Below are positions 49,101-56,557 of a stretch of DNA of 64,000 bases, in pieces. The notes beneath the pieces were generated by a model. That model saw only the letters and a program-made list of their open reading frames with translations, was not told the origin of the DNA and did not search any database. Each line of letters opens with the position of its first letter. Position 1 is the first letter of the stretch. The stretch covers positions 4,930,483 to 4,994,482 of the forward strand of contig SMSO01000032.1 of NCBI GenBank assembly GCA_004764695.1, given 5' to 3'. This DNA is from Schizochytrium sp. TIO01 (taxonomy: Eukaryota > Protista > Bigyra: Labyrinthulomycetes). The translations under genes and the position numbers were made by a program.

Positions 49101-49590
49101 AATCAACGAGTCTCCCCGTGGATCCAATTTGAAGGAAGCAAGTTCTCTTAAAGGTAGCGAAGCCTCCAAAGTAAGCAAGAAAAAAGCTACTACCAGCAAC
49201 GACAGGAACAACAATAACAAGAGCGACGATGGCAACAAGAAGAAAAGTGGAAAATCTGCACGTGGTAAGCCTGCTCCTGAAAAGACAAGCCGTGAATCAG
49301 ATGTGAAGTTGACGGTCGAAGTATCTGAGCTGCCTGAGAAAGGTTCTAGTAGGCCTCGCAATCCCAAGCCCTCAAAAGCCCGTACTGGAGCCAACAGTAC
49401 CACGAACGAATCCAAGCCATCTGATGACAACCACTCCGTTGAAACTAACGAAGATGGGAGCAAGAACGCAAAGGGACCCAAACAAAAGTCGCAGCGTGTA
49501 TGTCGCGATTGGATAGCTGGAAGCTGCCGTTTTGGAGACCGTTGCAAGTTTCAACATGTTGAAAAGGACAACCATCCACCAGGTTTCTAA
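46168..49590 (+). CDS. Cid1/TUT-family terminal nucleotidyltransferase (probably uridylyltransferase) with two CCHC knuckles and a C-terminal CCCH finger
   Basis: FGSAASG...ADIDF catalytic motif, SRVPIVK, CDVA, VKYWAKKRGI...GTLSSYAW, AIEDPFELQHDLG. Knuckles CFNCGSGQHRSAKC and CHMCGESGHLIRNC; finger CRDWIAGSCRFGDRCKFQH. First ATG is at 46168. Confidence 0.93.
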   Translation: MSSTASQDELEQGAFSLAALKEALPDQDGRENEDEVGFFAEEEDDDEGATVPDEDNKDFDDDDDDDEDSNLSDSDIDHRRLNRGNRQSDAIPKRRARRDADERENEDAGDRNDVEDDDDDDRESDVGDDMLDENDDDGLRGLAKKALEILTEKEGKSSPMEWGKRTAFKGIDVSDEGAELSPWVKDFLKTLPALPPKPSGSIPQKLKTLYDLLQSFYITAPDASLDVEAHCTASRSFASSLSSIIPVDIDNRMRPFVAGVISFVCAALLEAHKDVSGTDANLFGSLTYLELWFRNIERRNHLTEIFPALGKRMNRLQRAITDMKRERTKAQQDASADRKRAGAIVSEEILADLDGGVEQLLCSLQPLPEDIARRDQVIAAMERTLSPEALQKALKDLLGAEIPDDVLVHTADQSPSVEVKIFGSAASGLNFRASADIDFSLVGAADCLAQYAGRTRGVDTVQERSHSRAIALAAYVLSASPEFAIKDIILTSRVPIVKCVHVETGLACDVASGNSIALKNTQLLRTYSLIDPRVRPLMYAVKYWAKKRGICDASLGTLSSYAWTLLVIFFLQQTRQHPFIIFARKKSKKRNKDHRDDHDDDDDLMDGKDEVTLLKTYSRPLFPVLPCLQAEAVRMKLRKEMTVMNGVEYDTTYASEMPKGFSPGANTQGVGELLLHFFIFYAYVFDIERTVVSIRLGKPELRKNLENYSQANWRLAIEDPFELQHDLGSKIAGKDSMECIRNELRRAAKLLAMRPQRAHMSLCDAAVMQIPGQIPAFPRRCFNCGSGQHRSAKCPLGAIRMRGSKVCHMCGESGHLIRNCPLSRKNRERRGTQGGDAFGRGDGGRSSGRGNGRGGDANRHSGDNHGNGNWRNGSVHRGDVMSSPKDSRRKQHGQRGSGRDEGNQHHEHDRGHGPKSHGRSKGGSRRNEDDGDLESRGKSTPKDTGRSAKKEGGKSPREEKSRTSSASKKQQHSKNDPPINESPRGSNLKEASSLKGSEASKVSKKKATTSNDRNNNNKSDDGNKKKSGKSARGKPAPEKTSRESDVKLTVEVSELPEKGSSRPRNPKPSKARTGANSTTNESKPSDDNHSVETNEDGSKNAKGPKQKSQRVCRDWIAGSCRFGDRCKFQHVEKDNHPPGF

Positions 49591-50073
49591 CTTTTAACAG
49601 AAACCATTATTATGTCCGCTGATATTAAAAGGAGCAGGCGTATCTTGATTTATTTCCAAGTTTGGTTTTGGTCATTATTAAAAGAAATGCATATTAAATT
49701 CTTGAAACATTTTTTTTCAAACAGTTTCTAGATACAACATTTTGCGGCTGCTAAGTCATTCTATTACCGAAGGGAGTCGTGGGAAATTGAAACAGAGATA
49801 GGATCTGAACATATGATTATTTGATTTTTTTAAAAGTTTCTTTCATGCAAGAGCATCATCATAACGAGCTTTCCTCTACCTACATACCTGAAGGATTCCG
49901 AGTTTATTGTTGATAACAACACAAAACTCTATATCTAGTTCAAGGGGGGGGGGAGGGGGGCAAGTAAATGAAATGAAATAGTGAAATAGTGTTGAGTTGC
50001 GCTGATGTTAACACGAACGACAACGATAATGATGGTGATGATGGTAACAAAAGGGTACTCTAGAAATACTAAA

Positions 50074-51390
50074 TTAGTCCTGTTCAAACCACTTGATGCT
50101 TCCATGCAAAAGGAAAGTGGAAGGGAGGTCAACAGGACATGCGAAGTCAGCAGAGATGGTATTATGAGCTATATCGACCTCTAAGACGTGCACAAAGCCA
50201 GCAACTGGTGCATTAAGTGCCTCCTCGGGGCTGTCTGCATGCACAAAAGCGAGCACACAGTGCTCGAGAGTTTTATCGACAGTGGTCATTTGAGGAACCT
50301 GGTTTGCATCCAGGTCCTCATCAGCGCCAATAGGCATGATTGAAGAGTCTGCGATGACATTCTGTTTAAGTAAGATGATAGTAACATCCTCTCCAAGTGT
50401 AAGAGTTTTGCGAACCGGAGAGAGGTGGCTGAGCGGCCCATAAAAGTAGCAGCGCATGCGTTCGTTTGCATGACGTTTGGTGGAGGTCTGATCAGACTCA
50501 ACCACGCCGCCAGAGCGAGTGACCTTAACCACACGAAGATCCGGCAAGCTTTTGCGCATCTCGGAAAGGAGCCTATCATGGCCCATGACCAAAACAATAC
50601 TAACGCCTAGTTTCTGAAGTGCATGCACGAGGCACTTTTGTGCCGTGATGCTTCCAGATGTCCACGAAAACGTGTCCACAATGACGCCTGCGTGCTGCTC
50701 TGACGGGTTGGCCTCTAGCCTCGCGTCCAGAGCTGCCGCGAGTGCATCGACCTGGTCCTTGAAGAGTGTGGAGTTTGCAGATACCTTTTCGTTGCCTACA
50801 AAGTAAGCTAGTGGCTGTCTTGCGGTCAACATCAATTCACCTTGCTCCCCATATAGATCTCGCGTACCTTGAAGCACAGTAGCCGCAACAGTTCCTGGGA
50901 CCATAATGTCATTCTTGGCCAAATCAAGGCTAACAAAAGCAGGTTTTTGGCCACATCGAGCAGCATACCCCGCCAATATTTGACACAGGGAGGTTTTGCC
51001 TGAGCCTGGCGGGCCTACCACGGCTACCCTTGGACCTTTTTCTTGTTCATTTGCGTTTTCATTCGCGGCTTCTTGACGAATGTTTTCGAGGTTTTGGTGG
51101 ATATTAGCAACCTCGGCCATGGGCGTTTCTTCAGAGACGTAAATACCGGCGCAAAAGGAGTCATCCAGGTCGACTTCGCAGCCGTGCCACGTAAATATTC
51201 CATAGCTGCGGCCAGGCATGAGTCTGAACTCATGGCCCGCGAAGAGCTCCATCCCGAAGAGCTCCGCGGTGCCGCTCACCACGCGCAGCCTGTTAGCCTC
51301 TGTTCCGTTGCTGGCGTCATCGCCTCCGCTGCGACGCGTCTCGAAACGGAGCTCCTGCAGAGCACCGACCTTCTCGCGAACCCGTGGCAT
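50074..51390 (-). CDS. CLP1: Clp1, pre-mRNA cleavage factor / RNA 5'-OH kinase family
   Basis: ELRFE...GTAELFGMEL...IFTWHGC...YVSEETPM, Walker A GPPGSGKTS, RSGGVV, YFYG. The start is probably ATG 51390, although the ORF is open to 51534. Confidence 0.92.
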   Translation of the reverse strand: MPRVREKVGALQELRFETRRSGGDDASNGTEANRLRVVSGTAELFGMELFAGHEFRLMPGRSYGIFTWHGCEVDLDDSFCAGIYVSEETPMAEVANIHQNLENIRQEAANENANEQEKGPRVAVVGPPGSGKTSLCQILAGYAARCGQKPAFVSLDLAKNDIMVPGTVAATVLQGTRDLYGEQGELMLTARQPLAYFVGNEKVSANSTLFKDQVDALAAALDARLEANPSEQHAGVIVDTFSWTSGSITAQKCLVHALQKLGVSIVLVMGHDRLLSEMRKSLPDLRVVKVTRSGGVVESDQTSTKRHANERMRCYFYGPLSHLSPVRKTLTLGEDVTIILLKQNVIADSSIMPIGADEDLDANQVPQMTTVDKTLEHCVLAFVHADSPEEALNAPVAGFVHVLEVDIAHNTISADFACPVDLPSTFLLHGSIKWFEQD

Positions 51391-51854
51391 CTTCAAGATG
51401 GCCTCCTGAGCCGCTGTCTGCGTGAGCGGACACTCTCGAGCGGTTTTGGAGCATGAGTATCCGCCCCTAGTTTTCAACATCGATCCAAATACAAAGCTTA
51501 GCATATTAATCCACAAACTCTTGACTTGTGTCATTTGTTGCTTATGACCTCATTCACGGTAGTGGTGGTTAGGAAGTAGCTACCAGTTGATATGGAAAAC
51601 AATAGCATGAAGAAGCTTTCGAATGTAAGCTCAAATGTAATGCCCATGTTCACATTGATGATAAAGCTTGTGAGCCTGTTACAACGATGGTAAGGGGACC
51701 CGAAAGGCTGAGAGTTCCTTATGTAAAAGGTTTATTCTAATCCTTTTCAAGTATTTTGAAAAGTCTTTAAAGGTATCTGAAGTGCGCATACTTAGCGCTT
51801 CACTGCTGGTCTTTGAGGGAGAAAAACCTCTACGAAACAACCTCTAACAATATA

Positions 51855-52100
51855 TTGCTTTACTTAGTGTTATTCACTGTTCTTAATTTGAAGGCTATTT
51901 ATTTAATTTTATAAAAAAAAAAATCTTCAAATTTTATGCACTACTTAAGCACTGTTCTTCTTACACTTTTTATGCTTTACTTAAATACTGTTCTTCTTTA
52001 ACTTATGTTTTACAGCTTAACATTTTTCCTTTACTTAACCTCATTGCTACTGTTCTTCTCAAACGTTATGTTCTTCTTAAACTTTATGTATTCTACTTAC
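51855..52100. repeat. Degenerate AT-rich tandem repeat (TTTACTTAA..ACTGTTCTTCTT..TTATG, ~36 bp period)
   Basis: A(C)TGTTCTT recurs at about 51876, 51951, 51987, 52049 and 52068. Confidence 0.65.
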
Positions 52101-52286
52101 GGAGTACCCTCACTACGAGAAATCATGAATCCTCACATTGTTCTTCCATTCGAAATACGGAATAGCTCTATTTAGGCGTTCTGTTCTCCTTGAGCTCGAA
52201 ATTCGGCATTCACCTAGTAAAATCTAGCATTTACATTAGCGACGTAGTCCAAATGCACAGCTACAGTATCATTCAAAAGAAAGATA

Positions 52287-52955
52287 TTGTTGATTTCTCG
52301 TTTCAATATTCAATTTTGTTCGTTGCGTGAATGTAGTCTAACTCAACTATCTAACTGGTCTATATTACCTGCCACTTCCGACCGAACACAGTCCCGAACG
52401 TGCAAAGAATTCGACCTATACAAATACGAAACACATTATCTTGTAACTCTGGATACCAAGCAAAAAAGAAACCAACCTATACTTTATATCACTAACCTCT
52501 TCTTTTTCACACAGTTCATTGTACTTACCAATAAAGACCTCTTGTGATACTTCGAAGATCCCTACGAATCACCCATCGTAAGGACCAAGCTCTGGACCAT
52601 TCCTGACGTCACCAGATATCAAGCTCGCGCCTTGGACAGAATCCACTCCTTCAAGGAGAACTCGTCCCCTCACATCAGACAGTACATCGAAGCAAGGTTC
52701 GACGTCGCGACTTTCATATTTCAGGCAGCATATCCAGATAAGTTTCCTTCGCCCATTTCGTACTCTCACGTCATACACAACGTAAGAACTCTTCATGTTA
52801 AAGAGAACCGCAAGTATCTCCTCCACAAGAGCCGCTTTCAGAATGTTGGCGAATCACCGAACCTATGCCATACAGAACTGTGCTTTTACTGGCCTTTCCA
52901 GCTTCAAGAAAGTGATGACTTGGTCTATTCTTGTTCAGGTCGCACCGCCAGGTGA
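52287..52955 (+). pseudogene. Interrupted ORF of unknown function (~220 codons, one in-frame TGA)
   Basis: ORFs 52287-52547 and 52632-52955 share a frame and are separated only by TGA 52545-52547. C-ending codons after the stop look coding-like. Confidence 0.45.
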
Positions 52956-53264
52956 ACCCGTCGATTCCTAACGCCAAGCTTCCCGGAGATGATTTAGATT
53001 TAGCTACTTAAACGCAACAACTAAGACTTTCTGCTTTTTCTTAGACTGTCCGGTTTGTCTAAGACCTCCTACTCCCGCGTCTATACAATTACCTCTAGTT
53101 AAACTTGAATTTTTAACAAAAACGCGCACTTCAGATTGTGGGGGAGTATAAATGAAATCATTGAGAGGTACGCTTTTCTCAAAGCAGGAGCGAGAGATTC
53201 GATTGCAGCAAAAACATCATCAGCGGCAAGCAAAACGCAAACATCAGCCAGGCCAGGTGGCAGC

Positions 53265-55151
53265 ATGTCGGGCAGCGACTACAGTAGTTTCTCCGACGAT
53301 GAAGTTGATTCTGAATATGATGTTGCACCTTCATACGAGGAGGTGCAGAGAATGCCTGATGAAGAACTTCAGGGTATACCCCTGACTACTCTTGGATGTT
53401 TGGATGACAGAACCCTCGAATATCTCGGCACAAAACGCAAGAAATTGACTAGAGACCAACGCTTATGGCTCAAACGTATCCGAATAGAAATACGGAGATG
53501 TTTTCAAAGAGGCTTTCAAAGAGGCATTCAAGAAGGCATTGCTAGCACTCGGGAGACCGTGGAGGAGGCGCTACAAAAGCACCTCTTTTCTAACATTGTG
53601 TGTATACAGGAAAAGTTGACCGCGCCAGCACCAGCAACATGGGCTTTGCCGCTCACCTCAATCAAGCCGTGGATTGACTTCGATGGTGAAGTGATTTCAG
53701 ATCCACACTTTCAGAACTCTGGCGTCTTAGGAGGATCGATTGCAAAAATTATTTTCGATCCCCTGGAAAACTTCGACATTTGTGCAATTGCCGCCGGGGC
53801 AAGAAGAGATTTTCTACTAAAGGTCTGTAACCCACTTGAAAGAATTTGCGCAGAAGTTGATGCCTTCCCTAGAATCAGTATTCAGTGTGCACAAGAGATC
53901 GGTCTCGCACTAAAGTCGGATATCAACCTATCTGCAGTTGAAATTGAAAACGGGGAACAGGTTTACAGGGTTTTCTGTGTCATCGAGGCAGTGCGACCAA
54001 ACCAGTTGCTGACAGAAGATGGGGGTCTAACTAATCAAACCGTGGAAAAACGCAGGGAGAGAGCACCAAAAATCGGAGTAGATGATTATACCTGCGGTCA
54101 TATTTGGGCTGGTCTCCGCCAGTTGCTTGGATACATGGTAATCTACGGTCTGAAGTACGGAGTTTTAACATCTTTTGAGCTCACGTACTTCTGCAAGCGT
54201 AACGAAGAAGGTGAGATATGGGTTTCAAAGGGATTCTACGGAATCCAGAATGATGGCGACGCTGGCGTCAATTTGGCGATGGCTGCATTCGTCTATAAAA
54301 TCCTTCATGACAAAGACAAAAGGCTCTCCTACCCGTCCATGGAGAGCCAGTCGGTTGGAGTACAGGCGTTCTATCGAATGTGTCAGGAGAGCTGGGGCGG
54401 GAAGCAGGTCGATAAGAGTGACACCCTCGAGATTTTGGAAAAGAGGATCGGAAAAGCTTGCGCAGATTTCATCAGATCCACGATAAAGAGAGAGGTCAAC
54501 CAGTCCGGTCAGGAAGATGAGATCGAGGCTCTCCGCAATAGAGTCGCCAGCCTCCTACCCCTGAGCGAGGAGGCATTCAGCATGCCTCTGCCATGGGAGG
54601 ATGATTTTAAGCTTGTGGCGGAAGGCGCGGTTCGGATTCCTTGGATTTCCTATAAAGGTTTCACATGGAACGTCTTCGTCAAGGCTCTGCGAAGTCCGAA
54701 GGATTGGCTGAGGTGGGCTTGGGCAGAGAGCAAGGAGACCTTTCTCAAAGAAATTGAGTTCTACAAGGGCCCCCTGCACAAATTGCAGGGTCTCTACATC
54801 CCTTTCTTGGTGTATGGCGGCGTATTCCACAGCCAAGTAATCATTGCCACGACCTCTTCGGGTGTAACTGCGACGGAAGAGCTGATGTTCACTCATCGCG
54901 ATTGGGCGCACCGTTCGATCAGAGAATCGCTTGCGCGCGTGCACCAGGCGGGCGTCTTGCACGGCGACATCGCCTGGCGCAACATTGCACTCAACCTGGA
55001 GTCCAAGACTGCACATTTGATCGACTTTGGCCGCGCCACCCAACATGAAGACTCCAAGAAGTTTGAGAAGTTCCAGGCTAAAGAGAAGGAGGCGCTCGAG
55101 GCCTTGCTATCCTGTGTCAGCCCGCGAAAACGTCTGCGCGACTCATTCTGA
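53265..55151 (+). CDS. PD-(D/E)xK restriction-endonuclease-like domain fused to a C-terminal atypical protein kinase (Crinkler-RHS / Spok-like architecture)
   Basis: Nuclease-like KSD...VIEAVRP...RQLLGYMVIYGLKYGVLTS. Kinase VFVK, KEIEFY..LQGLYIP, HGDIAWRN, LIDFG. First ATG is 53265, although the ORF is open from 53136. AATAAA at ~55178. Confidence 0.8.
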   Translation: MSGSDYSSFSDDEVDSEYDVAPSYEEVQRMPDEELQGIPLTTLGCLDDRTLEYLGTKRKKLTRDQRLWLKRIRIEIRRCFQRGFQRGIQEGIASTRETVEEALQKHLFSNIVCIQEKLTAPAPATWALPLTSIKPWIDFDGEVISDPHFQNSGVLGGSIAKIIFDPLENFDICAIAAGARRDFLLKVCNPLERICAEVDAFPRISIQCAQEIGLALKSDINLSAVEIENGEQVYRVFCVIEAVRPNQLLTEDGGLTNQTVEKRRERAPKIGVDDYTCGHIWAGLRQLLGYMVIYGLKYGVLTSFELTYFCKRNEEGEIWVSKGFYGIQNDGDAGVNLAMAAFVYKILHDKDKRLSYPSMESQSVGVQAFYRMCQESWGGKQVDKSDTLEILEKRIGKACADFIRSTIKREVNQSGQEDEIEALRNRVASLLPLSEEAFSMPLPWEDDFKLVAEGAVRIPWISYKGFTWNVFVKALRSPKDWLRWAWAESKETFLKEIEFYKGPLHKLQGLYIPFLVYGGVFHSQVIIATTSSGVTATEELMFTHRDWAHRSIRESLARVHQAGVLHGDIAWRNIALNLESKTAHLIDFGRATQHEDSKKFEKFQAKEKEALEALLSCVSPRKRLRDSF

Positions 55152-55214
55152 CGATTCAAGGAAGAACTTGACGTGTGAATAAAAACGAACAATATTGATT
55201 CTTATACTTCTTCT

Positions 55215-55701
55215 TCAGACCTCGTGCTTCTTCTTGTGCCGTTTCACGGAGTGGTCGGTGTGGCAGTGTTCATTTTGTTTCTCCCAGGACTTGACGGCCT
55301 GTCTGATGAGGTTCATGTGACGGCGCTGGTAGGAATAGAGCTCGGCAACACGGCCGTTTTGGAGGACCTGGTTGCGCTTGGGAGGGTACTCCTCAAACTC
55401 CTCAAAGAAGAAATTCTTGAGTGTGCTACCGAAGGTACTACTCTCCCCACTTGTGAGTCGGCGTCTCAGGATCTTGGCGGCTTCGTCGATGTGGTTGATG
55501 AACTCACTCGGGTCCTCAGTATTCATGACAATTGGGAACAGACTGCTACTGACCTGCCAATGCATCTTGTCCGCGCACATCTTCGTTCCAGCGATTGCGT
55601 TTCATGATGTTGTTTGCATATGATTTGAATTCAATCTTCTCCACCTCAGTCACGTTGCCTACGCGTTCGAAGAAGTCCCAATAGAAGTTGAGTTCTTTCA
55701 T
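55215..55701 (-). pseudogene. Frameshifted gene fragment, possibly of DNA-virus/Polinton-like origin
   Basis: MKELNFYWDFFERVGNVTEVEKIEFKSYANNIMKR in one frame continues in an overlapping frame as ..IDEAAKILRRRLTSGESSTFGSTLKNFFFEEFEEYPPKRNQVLQNGRVAELYSYQRRHMNLIRQAVKSW. Codon use is coding-like. Confidence 0.5.
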
Positions 55702-55834
55702 GCCCAAATGCCGACTCAACAGCAGATGGCACAGCAGCAAGCAGCAAAAACAGGAGCAGCGGTAGACTCTAGTGAACAATCAGGGGGTCCATAAGCTTGC
55801 TTGTACTACCGGCCGGAGCACGACCCAACAGAAC

Positions 55835-56340
55835 GCAAGCATGTCTTGAAGGTCGCCTTTGTTGGACTGTACATCATTACCCTGATTGTGATCATCGCTC
55901 TTGTCGCACGTGGTACCAGCTATGGGTCGAGTGGAGGTATCGTGCTCGGGTTTGGAACTCTTTGGCGGAAGTAGCAGCAATAGCTCCAGTGCGACAAATG
56001 GCAGCACCAGCACAGGATCCTCCTCCAAGGGTCTGAGCTCTGCCAGAATCGCACTTATCGTAATATTCTGGCTGTTAAAGGCCTCATTTCCGTGCTTTCC
56101 CTGCCTCGTATGAGAAACGAGAAGCTCGATCGCGCCAAGCAGGAGATCGGATTTGCAGCAAGCGAAATTGCTGTGTCCGACAGGAAGCTCGAGGCTCCCT
56201 AGAAAAGGATAAATAAAGCAACTGAAGAGGAACGCGAGGACCTGGAAAAGCAAGACCAAGTCACCTTCGAATCATACGAAGAGCGCAAACAAACCTACGG
56301 AGACTACAAAGAAGGCCTCGACAAGAAGCGTAAAAAAATA
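55835..56340 (+). pseudogene. Decayed coding fragments: a hydrophobic helix, then a charged coiled coil with an in-frame stop
   Basis: KHVLKVAFVGLYIITLIVIIALVARG near 55838-55920. From ATG 56110: MRNEKLDRAKQEIGFAASEIAVSDRKLEAP*KRINKATEEEREDLEKQ...GLDKKRKK, with TAG at 56200-56202. Confidence 0.35.
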
Positions 56341-56557
56341 TACCATAGTAAGCCAACAGGAAAAAAAAATAAACTTAAAAAACACAAAACATTTTTGAAT
56401 TCAACTCGTGGAGTGCCCAAGACTGATCAGTCTTTACCAGAACCTGAGCTCCTTTCGTATTATCTGCTGACAAGAGGAGTCTGCGCGAGGGCGTCTGGTC
56501 CGCGAGGGTCACCTGGATCTTGAGAAGGACCTCGAAAGGGCAACGTCCAGACGGAGG

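Noticed and set aside
53039-53064. 8-bp inverted repeat TCTTAGAC...GTCTAAGA upstream of the nuclease-kinase gene
   Set aside because: It is short enough to arise by chance, and no matching element end was seen.
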